Shown here: piece by piece, positions 24,301 through 39,300 of the stretch | How positions within the stretch are numbered: position 1 is the stretch's first letter | Layout: every line of letters starts with the position of its first letter | Assembly (NCBI GenBank): GCA_964016885.1 | Contig: OZ024740.1 | Span: 14,074,001-14,138,000, forward strand | DNA length: 64,000 nucleotides | Direction: 5' to 3' | Source: Eledone cirrhosa | Lineage: Eukaryota | The notes under the pieces: generated by a model | Told to the model about the DNA's origin: nothing | Seen by the model: only the letters and a program-made list of their open reading frames with translations | Databases searched by the model: none | Translations under genes and position numbers: made by a program

Positions 24301-27300
24301 GCAGTAGAGTACATCAGTAGAAGAGAGTAGGGGGAAGTAGAGGAAGTAAAGGACAGTAGAGGACATTAGAGGGAAGTAGAGGGAAGTAGAGGACAGTAGA
24401 GCACAGTAGAGGACAATAGAGGACATTAGAGGACACTAGAGGACAATAGAGGACATTAGAGGACAGTAGAGGGAAGTAGAGGACAGTAGAGGAAGTAGAG
24501 GACAATAGAGGACAGTAGAGGGCGTGGAGGATAGTAGAGGACAGTAGAGGGAAGTAGAGGAGAGTAGGGGACAGTAGAGGACAGTAGAGGACTGTAGAGG
24601 ACAGTAGAGGACAGTAGAGGGAAGTAGAGGACAGTAGAGGGCAATAGAGGACAGTAGAAGACAGTAGAGGGCAGTAGAGGAAGTAGAGGCCAGTAGAGGT
24701 AAGTATAGGACAGTAGAGGGCAGTAGAGGACAGTAGAAGACAGTAGAGAAAGTAGAGGACAGTAGAGGAAGTAAAAGACAGTAGAGAAAGTAGAGGACAT
24801 TAGAGGTAAGTAAAGGATAGTAGAGGACAGTAGAGGGCAGTAGAGGACAGTAGAGGACACTAGAGGGTAGTAGAGAACAGTAGAGGGAAGTAGAGGACAG
24901 TAGAGGGCAGTAGAGGATATTAGAGCACAGTAGAGGGAAGTAGAGGACAGTAGAGGGCAGTAGAGGACAGTAGAGGGCAGTAGAAGACAGTAGATGGAAG
25001 TAGAGGACAGTAGAGGAAATAGAAGAAAGTAGAGGACAGTAGGGGGAAGTAGAGGAAATAAAGGACAGTAGAGGACAGTGGAGGGAAACAGAAGACAGTA
25101 GAGGACTGTAGAGGGCAGTAGAGGACAGTAGAGGACAGTAGAGGACAGTAGAGGACAGTAGAAAGCAGTAGAGGACAGTAGAAGACAGTAGGGGGAAGTA
25201 GAGGAAGTAAAGGACAGTAGAGGTCTGTAGCGGGCAGTAGAGGGAAGTAGAGGGCAGTAGATGACAGTAGTTGGAAGTAGAGGACAGTATAATACAGTAG
25301 AGGGAGTAGAGGAAAGTAGAGGAGATTAGAGGAAGTAGAGGACAGTAGAAGGAAACAGAGGACAGTAGAGGACAGTGGAGGACTGTAGAGGGCAGTAGAG
25401 GACAGTAGAGGACAGTAGAGGACAATAGAAGACAGTAGAAAACAGTAGAGGAAGTAGAGGACAGTTAAAGGCAGTAGAGGACAGTAGAGGACAGTAGAGG
25501 AAGTAGAGGAAGTAAAGGACAGTAGTGGAAGTAGAGGACAGTACAGGGAAGTAGAGGGAAGTAGAGGACACTATAGGACAGTAGAGGACAGTAGAGGACA
25601 TTAGGGGACAGTAGAGGACAATAGAGGATATTAGAGGACAGTAGAGGGACGTTCAGGACAGTGGAGGGCAGTAGAGGGTAGTAGAGGACAGTAGAGAACA
25701 GCAGAGGGCAGTAGAGGACAGTATATGGAAGTAGAGGACAGTAGAGGAAATAAAAGAAAGTAGAGGACAGTAGGTGGAAGTAGAGGAAGTAAAGGACAGT
25801 AGAGGACAGTGAAGGGAAACAGAAGACAGTAGAGGACCGTAGAGGGCAGTAGAGGATAGTAGAGGACAGTAGAGGGCAGTAGAGGATAGTAGAGGACAGT
25901 AGAAAGCAGTAGAGGACAGTAGAAGACAGTAGGGGGAAGTAGAGGAAGTAAAGGACAGTAGAGGACAGTAGAGGATAGTAGGGGACAGTAGAGGACTGTA
26001 GCGGGCAGTAGAGGGAAATAGAGGACAGTAGAGGGCAGTAGAGAGCAGTAGAGGACAATAGAAGACAGTAGAAACAGTAGAGGAAGTAGAGGACAGTGAA
26101 GGGCAGTAGATGACAGTAGAGGAAGTAGAGGACAGTAGAGGAAGTAGAGGACAGTACAGGGAAGTAGAGGGAAGTAGAGGACATTAGAGGACACTAGAGG
26201 ACAGTAGAGGACAGTAGAGGGCTGTAAAGGGCAGTAGATAACAGTACCGAGAAACAGAGGACAGTAGAGGACACTAGAGGGCAGTAGAGGAAGTAGAGGA
26301 AGTAGAGAGCAGTAGAGGACAGCAGAAGACAGTAGGGGGAAGTAGAGGAAGTAAAGGAAGTAGAGGACAGTAGAGGAAATTAGAGGACAGTAGAGGACAA
26401 TAGAGGACATTAGAGGACAGTAGAAGACAGTAGAGAAAGTAGAGGAAAGTAGAGGCAAGTAGAGGACAATAAAGGACATTAGAGGACAATAGAGGACAAT
26501 AGAGGACATTAGAGGACAGTAGAGAGAAGTAGAGGACAGTAGAGGAAGTAGAGGACAATAGTGGGCAGTAAAGGACAGTAGAGGACAGTAGAGGGAAGTA
26601 GAGGTCATTAAACGACAGTAGAGGAAATAGAGGACAGTAGAGGACGTAGAGGACAGTAGAGGACAGTAGAGGACAGTAGATGGATGTACAGAGAAGTAGA
26701 GGACAGTAGAGGGAAGTAGAGGACAGTAGAGGGACAGTAGAGGACAGTAGAGGGAAGTACAGGGAAGTAAGTAGAGAACAATAGAGGAAGTAGAGGACAG
26801 TAGAGGGGAGTAGAGGGAAGTAGAGGACAGTAAAGGAAATATAGGACATTAGAGGACACTAGAGGACAATAGAGGACTTTAGAGGACAGTAGAGTGAAGT
26901 AGAGGACAGTAGAGGGCAATAGAGGACAGTAGAAGATAGTAGAGGGCAGTAGGGGAAGTAAAGGACAGTAGAGGGAAGTAGAGGACAGTAGAGGGCAGTA
27001 GAGGACAGTAGAAGACAGTAGAGAAAGTAGAGGACATTAGAGGGACGTACAGGGATGTAAGTAGAGGACAGTAGAGGAAGTAGAGGACAGTAGAGGAAAG
27101 TAGAGGACAGTAGAGGACAGTAGAGGACAGTAGAGGGAAGTAGAGGACACTAGAGGAGTGTAGAGGGCAGTACAGGACAGTAGAGGGAAGTATAGGACAG
27201 TAGAGGACAATAGAGGGAGTAGAGGACAGTAGACGTCAGTAGAGCGAAGTAGAGGGAAGTAGAGGGAAGTAGAGGACAGTAGAGGACAGTAGAGGACAGT

Positions 27301-30300
27301 AGAGGACAGTACAGGACAGTAGAGGACAGTAGAGGGATGTACAGGGAAGTAAGTAGAGAAAAGTAGAGGAAGTAGAGGACAGTAGAGAGAAGTAGAGGAC
27401 AGTAGAGGACAGTAGAGGACAGTAGAGGGATGTACAGGGAAGTAAGTAGAGAAAAGTAGAGGAAGTAGAGGACAGTAGAGGGAAGTACAGGGAAGTAAGT
27501 AGAGGGGAGTAGAGGACAGTAGAGGAAGTACAGGACAGTAGAGGACAGTAGAGAACAGTATAGGAAGTAGAGGACAGTAGAGGGAAGTAGAGGACAGTAG
27601 AGGACACTAGAGGACAGTAGAGGGAAGTAGAGGACACTAGAGGAGAGTAGAGGACAGTAGAGGGAAGTATAGGACAGTAGAGGAGAGTATAGGAAGTAGA
27701 GGACAGTAGAGGAGGACAGTAGAAGACAGTCGATGATACTAGAGGACAGTAGAGTACAGTAGATAGTCGTAGAGGACAGTAGAAGACACTAGAAGACAGT
27801 AGAGAAAGTAGAGGACAGTAGGGGTAGGAGAGAACAGTAGAGGACACTAGAGGACAGTAGAAAGCAGTAGAGGACAGTAGAGGATAGTAGGGGATAGTAG
27901 AGGGAAGTAGAGGACAGTAGAGGGGAGTAGAGGACATTAGAGGACATTAGCGGGCAGTAAAGGGCAGTAGAGGATAGTAGAGGGAAACATAAGACAGTAG
28001 AGGACTGTAGAGGGCAGTAGAGGACAGTAGAGAACAGTAGAGGACAGTAGAAAGCAGTAGAGGACAGTAGAAGACAGTAGGGGGAAGTAGAGGAAGTAAA
28101 GGAAGTAGACGGAAGTAGAGAGAAGTAGAGGACAGTAGAGGACAGTAGCGGGCAGTAGAGGGAAGTAGAGGACAGTAGAGGGCAGTAGACAACAGTAGAG
28201 GGAAGTAGAGGACAGTAGAGGACACTAGAGTGTAGTAGAGAACAGTAGAGAGAAGTAGAGGTCAATAGAGGATATTAGAGGACAGTAGAGGGAAGTAGAG
28301 GACAGTAGAAGCAAGTAGAAGATATTACAGGACAGTAGAGGGAAGTAGAGGACAGTAGAGGGCAGTATAGGGTAGTAGAGGACAGTAGAAGACAGTAGAA
28401 GACTGTAGAGGGCAGTAAAGGACAGTAGAGGACAGTAGAGGGAAGTAGAGGACAGTAGAGTACAGTAGAGGAATGTAGAGGGAAGCAGAGGGAAGTAGAG
28501 AACAGTAGAGCAAATAGAAGAAAGTAGAGGACAGTAGAGGGAAGTAGAGTGAAGTAGAGGACAGTAGAAGACAATAGAGGGCAGTAGAGGACAGCAGTAG
28601 AAGAGAGTAGGCGGAAGTAGAGGAAGTAAAGAACAGTAGATTACAGTAGAGGGAAGTAGAGGGAAGTAGAGCCCAGTAGAGGACAGTAGAGGATATTAGG
28701 GGACAGTAGAGGACAATAGAGAACATTACAGGACACTAGAGGACAATAGAGGACATTAGAGGACAGTAGAGGGAAGTAGAGGACAGTAGAGGAAGTAGAG
28801 GACAATATAGGACAGTAAAGGACAGTAGAGGACAGTAGAGGACAGAAGAGGACAGTAAAGGTCAGTAGAGGACAGTAGAGGGTAGTAAAGGACAGTAGAG
28901 GACAGTAGATGGAAGTAGAGCACAGTAGAGGGCAGTAGAGGTCAGTAGAGGACAATAGAAAGAAGTAGAAGATAGTAGAGGGCAGGAGAGGACAGTAGAA
29001 GACAATAGAGGGCAGTAGAGTACATCAGTAGAAGAGAGTAGGGCGAAGTAGAGAAAGTAAAGGACAGTAGAGGACATTAGAGGGAAGTAGAGGGAAGTAG
29101 AGGACAGTAGAGCACAGTAGAGGACAATAAAGGACATTAGGGGACAGTAGAGGACAATAGAGGACATTAGAGAACACTAGATGACAATAGAGGACAGTAG
29201 AGGGAAGTAGAGGACAGTAGAGGAAGTAGAGGACAATAGAGGACAATATAGGGCAGTAAAGGACAGTAGAGGAAATAGAGGATAGTAGAGGACGTGGAGG
29301 ACAGTAGAGGACAGTAGATGGATGTACAGAGATGTAGAGGACAGTAGAGGGAAGTAGAGGAGATTAGAGGAAAGTAGAGGACAGTAGAGGGAAGTAGAGG
29401 AGAGTAGGGGACAGTAGAGGACAGTAGAGGACTGTAGAGGACAGTAGAGGACAGTAGAGGGAAGTACAGGGAAGTAAGTAGAGGGCAATAGAGGAAGTAG
29501 AGGGCAATAGAGGAAGTAGAGGGAAGTCGAGGACAGTAGAAGGAAGTAGAGGACATTAGAGGAGAGTAGAGGACACTATAGGAAATTAGAGGACAGTAAA
29601 GGACAATATAGGACATTAGAGGACACTAGAGGTCAATAGAGGACATTAGAGGACAGTAGAGGGAAGTAGAGGACAGTAGAGGGCAATAGAGGACAGTAGA
29701 AGACAGTAGAGGGCAGTAGAGGAAGTAGAGGCCAGTAGAGGGAAGTATAGGACAGTAGAGGGCAGTAGAGGACAGTAGAAGACAGTAGAGAAAGTAGAGG
29801 ACAGTAGAGGAAGTAAAGGATAGTAGAGGACAGTAGAGGGCAGTAGAAGATAGTAGAGGGCAGTAAAGGGCAGTAGAGGACAGTAGAGGGATGTAGAGGA
29901 CAGTAGAGTACAGTAGAGGGAGTAGAGGAATGTAGAGGGAAGTAGAGGGAAGTAGAGGACAGTAGAGGACAATAGAGGGCAGTAGAGGACAGCAGTAGAA
30001 GAGAGTAGGCGGAAGTAGATGAAGTAAAGGACAGTGGAGTACAGTAGAGGGAAGTAGAGGGAAGTAGAGCACAGTAGAGGACAATAGAGGACATTAGGGG
30101 ACAGTAGAGGACAATAGAGGACATTAGAGGACACTAGAAGACAATAGAGGACATTAGAGGACAGTAGAGGGAAGTTGAGGACGGTAGAGGACGTAGAGGA
30201 CAATATAGGACAGTAAAGGACAGTAGAGGACAGTAGAGGAAGTAGAGGACAATAGAGGAAGTAAAGGACAGTAGAGGGAATTATAGGACATTAGAAGACA

Positions 30301-33300
30301 GTAGAGGACAGTCGAGGGCAGAAGAGGGCAGTAAAGGTCAGTAGAGGTCAGTAGAAGGTAGTAAAGGCCAGTAGAGGACAGTAGAGGGAAGTAGAGCACA
30401 GTAGAGGGAAGTAGAGGACAGTAAAGGACAGTAGAGGACAGTAGAGAAAGTAGAGGACTGTAGAGGGAAGTACAGGGAAGTAAGTAGAAGATAGTAGAGT
30501 AAGTAGAGGACAGTAGAGGACAGTAGAGGATAATAGAGGAAATTAGAGGACAATAAAGGACAATAGAGGACATTAGAGGACACTAGAGGACAATAGAGGA
30601 CATTAGAGGACATTAGAGGGAAGTAGAGGACAGTAGAGGGCAATAGAGGACAGTAGAGGACAGTAGAGGGAAGTATAGGACAGTAGAGAAAGTAGAGGAC
30701 ATTAGAGGGAAGTAAAGGATAGTAGAGGACAGTAGAGGCAAGTACAGGGAAGTAAGTAGAGGACAGTAGAGGAAGTAGAGGGAAGTAGATGACAGTAGAG
30801 GACAGTAGAGGGCAGTAGTGGGAAGTACAAGGTGAGTAAGTAGAGGACAGTAGAGGAAGTAGAGGACAGTAGAGGGCAGTAGAGGACAGTAGAGGGCAGT
30901 AGAGGTCAGTAGAAGGAAATAGAGGTCAGTAGAAGGAAGTATAGGACAGTAGAGGGAAGTATAAGACAGTAGAGGGCAGTAGAGAAAGTAGAGGACAGTA
31001 GAGGGATGTGGAGGGAAGTAGAGGACAGTAGCGAGGAGTAGAGAGAAGTAGAGGACAGTAGAGCAAATAGAAGAAAGTAGAGGACAGTAGAGGGAAGTAG
31101 AGGGAAGTAGAGGAAGTAGAGGACAGTAGAGAAAGTAGAGGACAGTAGAGGACAGTAGAGGGAAGTACAGGGAAGTAAGTAGAGGAAAGTAGAGGAAGTA
31201 GAGGACAGTAGAGGTCAGTAGAGGACAGTGGAGGACATTAGAGGACAGTAGAGAGTAGTAGAGGACAGTAGAGGAGAGTAGAGGAGAGTAGAGGAGAGTA
31301 GAGGAAGTAGATGACAGTAGGGGGTAGTAGAGGACAGTAGAGGTCTGTAGAGGAAGTAGAGGAGAGTAGAGGCAAGTAGAGGACAGTAGCATGAAGTAGA
31401 GGACATTACAGGAAGTAGAGGACAATAGAGGACAGTAGAGGTCAATAGAGGACATTAGAGGACAGTAGAAGGATGTAGAGAACATTAGAGGACAGTAGAG
31501 GACAGTAGAAAGCAGTAGAGGACAGTAGAAGACAGTAGGGGGAAGTAGAGGAAGTAAAGTACAGTAGAGGACAGTAGACGGAAGTAGAGGGAAATAGAGG
31601 ACAGTAGAGGACAGTAGCGGGCAGTAGAGGGAAGTAGATGACAGTAGAGGACAGTAGAGGGCAGTAGACAACAGTAGAGGTAAGTAGAGGACAGTAGAGG
31701 ACACTAGAGTGTAGTAGAGAACAGTAGAGAGAAATAGACGACAGTAGACGATAGTAGAGGACAATAGAGGATATTAGAGGACAGTAGAGGAAAGTAGAGG
31801 ACAGTAGAGAGCAGTATAGGGTAGTAGAGGACAGTAGAAGACAGTAGAGGGAGTAGAGGAATGTAGAGGGAAGTAGAGGGAAGTAGAGGACAGTAGAGCA
31901 AATAGAAGAAAGTAGAGGACAGTAGAGGGAAGTAGAGTGAAGTAGAGGACAGTAGAAGACAATAGAGGGCAGTAGAGGACAGCAGTAGAAGACAGTAGGC
32001 GGAAGTAGAGGAAGTAAAGGACAGTAGAGTACAGTAGAGGGAAGTAGAGCACAGTAGAGGACAATAGATGACATTAGGGGACAGTAGAGGACATTAGAGG
32101 ACACTAGAGGACAATAGAGGACATTAGAGGACAGTAGAGGGAAGTAGAGGACAGTAGAGGAAGTAGAGGACAGTAGAGGAAGTAGAGGACAGTAGAGGAA
32201 GTAGAGGACAATAGGGGAAGTAAAGGACAGTAGAGGGAATTATAGGACATTAGAGGACAGTAGAGGGAAGTTGAGGACAATATAGGACAGTAAAGGACAG
32301 TAGAGGACAGTAGAGGACAGTAGAGGACAGTAGAGGATGTAGAGGAAATAGAGGGAAGTATAGGACATTAGAGGACAGTAGAGGACAGTACAGGGCAGAA
32401 GAGGACAGTAAAGGTCAGTAGAGGACAGTAGAGGGTGGTAAAGGGCAGTAGAGGACAGTAGAGGGAAGTAGAGCAGGTTAGGGGGAAGTAGAGGGCAGTA
32501 AAGGGCAGTAGAGGACAATAGAGGGAAGTAGAAGACAGTAGAGGTCAGTAGAGGACAGTAGAGGAAGTAGAGTACAGTAGAGGACAGTAGAGGGAAGTAG
32601 AGGTCAGTAAAGGACAGTAGAGGAAATAGAGGACAGTAGAGGACAGTAGAGGGATGTACAGGGGAGTAGAGGACAGTAGAGGGAAGTAGAGGAGATTAGA
32701 GGAAAGTAGACGACAGTAGAGGGAAGTAGAGGAGAGTAGGGGAAGTAGAGGACAGTAGAGGACTGTAGAAGACAGTAGAGGTCAGTAGAGGACAGTAGAG
32801 GACAGTAGAGAGCAGTAGAGGACAATAGAAGACAGTAGAAAACAGTAGAGGAAGTAGACGAGAGTGGAGGGCAGTAGAGGACAGCAGAGGAATTAGAGGA
32901 CAGTAGAGGAAGTAAAGGACAGTAGAGGACAGTAGAGGGAAGTAGAGGACAAGAGGACAGTAGAGAATAGTAGAGGGCAGTAAAGGGCAGTAGATGACAG
33001 TAGAAGGAAGAAATAGGACAGTAGAGGACAGTAGAGGGAGTAGAGGACAATAGAGGAAGTAGAGGACAGTAGAGAGAAGTACAGGGAGGTAAGTAGAGGA
33101 CAGTAGAGGAAGTAGAGGACAGTAGAGGGGAGTAGAGGACATTAGAGGACAGTAGCGGGCAGTAAAGGGTAGTAGAGGACAGTAGAGGACAATAGAGGAA
33201 GTAGAGGACAGTGGAGGGCAGTAGAGGACAGTAGAGGAAGTAGAGGGAAGTAGAGGACACAAGAGTACAGTAGAGTATAGTAGAGGGCAGTAAAGGGCAG

Positions 33301-36300
33301 TAGATGACAGTAGAGGGAAGTATAGGACAGTAGAGGACAGTAGAGGGAGTAGAGGACAATAGAGGAAGTAGAGGACAGTTGTGGACAGTAGAGGGAAGTA
33401 CAGGGAGGTAAGTAGAAGACAGTAGCGGGCAGTAAAGGGCAGTAGAGGACAGTAGAAGGAAACACAGGACAGTAGAGGACAATAGAGAGCAGTAGAGGAC
33501 AGCAGTAGAAGACAGTAGGGGGAAGTAGAGGAATTAAAGGACAGTAGAGGACAGTAGAGAGAAGTAGAGAGAAGTAGAGGACAGTAGAGGACAGTAGAGG
33601 GAAGTACAGGGAAGTAAGTAGAGGACAGTAGAGGAAGTAGAGGACAGTAGAGGGGAGTAGAGGGAAGTAGAGGACAGTAGAAGGAAGTAGAGGACATTAG
33701 AGGATAGTAGAGGACAATAGAGGGAATTAGAGGACAGTAAACGACAATAGAGGACATTAGAGGACAATAGAGGACAATAGAGGACATTAGAGGACAGTAG
33801 AGGGAAGTAGAGGACAGTAGAGGGCAATAGAGGAAGTAGAGGACAGTAGAGGGAAGTACAGGGAAGTAAGTAGAGGACAGTAGAGGACAGTAGAGGACAG
33901 TAGAGGACAGTAGAGGACAGTAGAGGACAGGAGAGGGAAGTAGAGGACACTAGAGGAGAGTAGAGGGCAGTAGAGGGAAGTAGAGGAAGTACAGGACAGT
34001 AGAGGACAGTAGAGGAAGTACAGGGCAATAGAGGGAAGTAGAGGAAGTACAGGACAGTAGAGGGAACTAGTGGACAGTAGAGGACAGTAGAGGACAGTAG
34101 AGGGAAGTAGAGGACAGAAGAGGGAAGTATAGGACAGTAGAGGACAGTAGAGGAAGTACAGGACAATAGAGGGAAGTAGAGGAAGTACAGGACAGTAGAG
34201 GGAACTAGTGGACAGTAGAGGACAGTAGAGGACAGTAGAGGGAAGTAGAGGACAGAAGAGGGAAGTATAGGACAGTAGAGGACAATAGAGGGAGTAGAGG
34301 ACAGTAGACGTCAGTAGAGGGAAGTAGAGGGAAGTATAGGACTGTAGACGTCAGTAGAGGGAAGTAGAGGGAAGTATAGGACTGTAGACATCAGTAGAGG
34401 GAAGTAGAGGGAAGTAGAGGACTGTAGACGTCAGTAGAGGGAAGTAGAGGGAAGTATAGGACTGTAGACGTCAGTAGAAGACAGTAGAGGGAGGTACAGG
34501 GAAGTAAGTAGAGGTCAGTAGAGGGGAGTAGAGGACATTAGAGGACAGTAGAAGACAGTAGAGGGAGGTACAGGTAAGTAAGTAGAGGTCAGTAGAGGGG
34601 AGTAGAGGACATTAGAGGACAGTAGAAGACAGTAGGGGGAAATAGCGGATGTAAAGGACAGTAGAGGACAGTAGAGGACATTAGAGGACAGTAGAGTACT
34701 GTAGAGGACAGTAGGGGACAGTAGAGGGAAGTAGAGGACAGTAGAGGACAGTATAGGGCAGTAATGGGCAGTAGAGGACAGTAAAGGGAAGTAGAGGACA
34801 GTAAAGGACAGTAGAGTGAGTAAAGGACAGTAGAGGACAGTAGAGGGAAGTAGAGGACAGTAGAGGACAGTATAGGGTAGTAATGGGCAGTAGAGGACAG
34901 TAAAGGGAAGTAGAGGAGATTAGAGGAAAGTAGAGGACAGTAGAGGGAAGTAGAGGAGAGTAGGGGACAGTAGAGGACAGTAGAGGACTGTAGAGGACAG
35001 TAGAGGACAGTAGAGGGAAGTACAGGGAAGTAAGTAGAGGGCAATAGAGGAAGTAGAGGGCAATAGAGGAAGTAGAGGGAAGTCGAGGACAGTAGAAGGA
35101 AGTAGAGGACATTAGAGGAGAGTAGAGGACACTATAGGAAATTAGAGGACAGTAAAGGACAATATAGGACATTAGAGGACACTAGAGGTCAATAGAGGAC
35201 ATTAGAGGACAGTAGAGGGAAGTAGAGGACAGTAGAGGGCAATAGAGGACAGTAGAAGACAGTAGAGGGCAGTAGAGGAAGTAGAGGCCAGTAGAGGGAA
35301 GTATAGGACAGTAGAGGGCAGTAGAGGACAGTAGAAGACAGTAGAGAAAGTAGAGGACAGTAGAGGAAGTAAAGGATAGTAGAGGACAGTAGAGGGCAGT
35401 AGAAGATAGTAGAGGGCAGTAAAGGGCAGTAGAGGACAGTAGAGGGATGTAGAGGACAGTAGAGTACAGTAGAGGGAGTAGAGGAATGTAGAGGGAAGTA
35501 GAGGGAAGTAGAGGACAGTAGAGGACAATAGAGGGCAGTAGAGGACAGCAGTAGAAGAGAGTAGGCGGAAGTAGATGAAGTAAAGGACAGTGGAGTACAG
35601 TAGAGGGAAGTAGAGGGAAGTAGAGCACAGTAGAGGACAATAGAGGACATTAGGGGACAGTAGAGGACAATAGAGGACATTAGAGGACACTAGAAGACAA
35701 TAGAGGACATTAGAGGACAGTAGAGGGAAGTTGAGGACGGTAGAGGACGTAGAGGACAATATAGGACAGTAAAGGACAGTAGAGGACAGTAGAGGAAGTA
35801 GAGGACAATAGAGGAAGTAAAGGACAGTAGAGGGAATTATAGGACATTAGAAGACAGTAGAGGACAGTCGAGGGCAGAAGAGGGCAGTAAAGGTCAGTAG
35901 AGGTCAGTAGAAGGTAGTAAAGGCCAGTAGAGGACAGTAGAGGGAAGTAGAGCACAGTAGAGGGAAGTAGAGGACAGTAAAGGACAGTAGAGGACAGTAG
36001 AGAAAGTAGAGGACTGTAGAGGGAAGTACAGGGAAGTAAGTAGAAGATAGTAGAGTAAGTAGAGGACAGTAGAGGACAGTAGAGGATAATAGAGGAAATT
36101 AGAGGACAATAAAGGACAATAGAGGACATTAGAGGACACTAGAGGACAATAGAGGACATTAGAGGACATTAGAGGGAAGTAGAGGACAGTAGAGGGCAAT
36201 AGAGGACAGTAGAGGACAGTAGAGGGAAGTATAGGACAGTAGAGAAAGTAGAGGACATTAGAGGGAAGTAAAGGATAGTAGAGGACAGTAGAGGCAAGTA

Positions 36301-39300
36301 CAGGGAAGTAAGTAGAGGACAGTAGAGGAAGTAGAGGGAAGTAGATGACAGTAGAGGACAGTAGAGGGCAGTAGTGGGAAGTACAAGGTGAGTAAGTAGA
36401 GGACAGTAGAGGAAGTAGAGGACAGTAGAGGGCAGTAGAGGACAGTAGAGGGCAGTAGAGGTCAGTAGAAGGAAATAGAGGTCAGTAGAAGGAAGTATAG
36501 GACAGTAGAGGGAAGTATAAGACAGTAGAGGGCAGTAGAGAAAGTAGAGGACAGTAGAGGGATGTGGAGGGAAGTAGAGGACAGTAGCGAGGAGTAGAGA
36601 GAAGTAGAGGACAGTAGAGCAAATAGAAGAAAGTAGAGGACAGTAGAGGGAAGTAGAGGGAAGTAGAGGAAGTAGAGGACAGTAGAGAAAGTAGAGGACA
36701 GTAGAGGACAGTAGAGGGAAGTACAGGGAAGTAAGTAGAGGAAAGTAGAGGAAGTAGAGGACAGTAGAGGTCAGTAGAGGACAGTGGAGGACATTAGAGG
36801 ACAGTAGAGAGTAGTAGAGGACAGTAGAGGAGAGTAGAGGAGAGTAGAGGAGAGTAGAGGAAGTAGATGACAGTAGGGGGTAGTAGAGGACAGTAGAGGT
36901 CTGTAGAGGAAGTAGAGGAGAGTAGAGGCAAGTAGAGGACAGTAGCATGAAGTAGAGGACATTACAGGAAGTAGAGGACAATAGAGGACAGTAGAGGTCA
37001 ATAGAGGACATTAGAGGACAGTAGAAGGATGTAGAGAACATTAGAGGACAGTAGAGGACAGTAGAAAGCAGTAGAGGACAGTAGAAGACAGTAGGGGGAA
37101 GTAGAGGAAGTAAAGTACAGTAGAGGACAGTAGACGGAAGTAGAGGGAAATAGAGGACAGTAGAGGACAGTAGCGGGCAGTAGAGGGAAGTAGATGACAG
37201 TAGAGGACAGTAGAGGGCAGTAGACAACAGTAGAGGTAAGTAGAGGACAGTAGAGGACACTAGAGTGTAGTAGAGAACAGTAGAGAGAAATAGACGACAG
37301 TAGACGATAGTAGAGGACAATAGAGGATATTAGAGGACAGTAGAGGAAAGTAGAGGACAGTAGAGAGCAGTATAGGGTAGTAGAGGACAGTAGAAGACAG
37401 TAGAGGGAGTAGAGGAATGTAGAGGGAAGTAGAGGGAAGTAGAGGACAGTAGAGCAAATAGAAGAAAGTAGAGGACAGTAGAGGGAAGTAGAGTGAAGTA
37501 GAGGACAGTAGAAGACAATAGAGGGCAGTAGAGGACAGCAGTAGAAGACAGTAGGCGGAAGTAGAGGAAGTAAAGGACAGTAGAGTACAGTAGAGGGAAG
37601 TAGAGCACAGTAGAGGACAATAGATGACATTAGGGGACAGTAGAGGACATTAGAGGAGACTAGAGGACAATAGAGGACATTAGAGGACAGTAGAGGGAAG
37701 TAGAGGACAGTAGAGGAAGTAGAGGACAGTAGAGGAAGTAGAGGACAGTAGAGGAAGTAGAGGACAATAGGGGAAGTAAAGGACAGTAGAGGGAATTATA
37801 GGACATTAGAGGACAGTAGAGGGAAGTTGAGGACAATATAGGACAGTAAAGGACAGTAGAGGACAGTAGAGGACAGTAGAGGACAGTAGAGGATGTAGAG
37901 GAAATAGAGGGAAGTATAGGACATTAGAGGACAGTAGAGGACAGTACAGGGCAGAAGAGGACAGTAAAGGTCAGTAGAGGACAGTAGAGGGTGGTAAAGG
38001 GCAGTAGAGGACAGTAGAGGGAAGTAGAGCAGGTTAGGGGGAAGTAGAGGGCAGTAAAGGGCAGTAGAGGACAATAGAGGGAAGTAGAAGACAGTAGAGG
38101 TCAGTAGAGGACAGTAGAGGAAGTAGAGTACAGTAGAGGACAGTAGAGGGAAGTAGAGGTCAGTAAAGGACAGTAGAGGAAATAGAGGACAGTAGAGGAC
38201 AGTAGAGGGATGTACAGGGGAGTAGAGGACAGTAGAGGGAAGTAGAGGAGATTAGAGGAAAGTAGACGACAGTAGAGGGAAGTAGAGGAGAGTAGGGGAA
38301 GTAGAGGACAGTAGAGGACTGTAGAGGACAGTAGAGGTCAGTAGAGGACAGTAGAGGACAGTAGAGAGCAGTAGAGGACAATAGAAGACAGTAGAAAACA
38401 GTAGAGGAAGTAGACGAGAGTGGAGGGCAGTAGAGGACAGCAGAGGAATTAGAGGACAGTAGAGGAAGTAAAGGACAGTAGAGGACAGTAGAGGGAAGTA
38501 GAGGACAAGAGGACAGTAGAGAATAGTAGAGGGCAGTAAAGGGCAGTAGATGACAGTAGAAGGAAGAAATAGGACAGTAGAGGACAGTAGAGGGAGTAGA
38601 GGACAATAGAGGAAGTAGAGGACAGTAGAGAGAAGTACAGGGAGGTAAGTAGAGGACAGTAGAGGAAGTAGAGGACAGTAGAGGGGAGTAGAGGACATTA
38701 GAGGACAGTAGCGGGCAGTAAAGGGTAGTAGAGGACAGTAGAGGACAATAGAGGAAGTAGAGGACAGTGGAGGGCAGTAGAGGACAGTAGAGGAAGTAGA
38801 GGGAAGTAGAGGACACAAGAGTACAGTAGAGTATAGTAGAGGGCAGTAAAGGGCAGTAGATGACAGTAGAGGGAAGTATAGGACAGTAGAGGACAGTAGA
38901 GGGAGTAGAGGACAATAGAGGAAGTAGAGGACAGTTGTGGACAGTAGAGGGAAGTACAGGGAGGTAAGTAGAAGACAGTAGCGGGCAGTAAAGGGCAGTA
39001 GAGGACAGTAGAAGGAAACACAGGACAGTAGAGGACAATAGAGAGCAGTAGAGGACAGCAGTAGAAGACAGTAGGGGGAAGTAGAGGAATTAAAGGACAG
39101 TAGAGGACAGTAGAGAGAAGTAGAGAGAAGTAGAGGACAGTAGAGGACAGTAGAGGGAAGTACAGGGAAGTAAGTAGAGGACAGTAGAGGAAGTAGAGGA
39201 CAGTAGAGGGGAGTAGAGGGAAGTAGAGGACAGTAGAAGGAAGTAGAGGACATTAGAGGATAGTAGAGGACAATAGAGGGAATTAGAGGACAGTAAACGA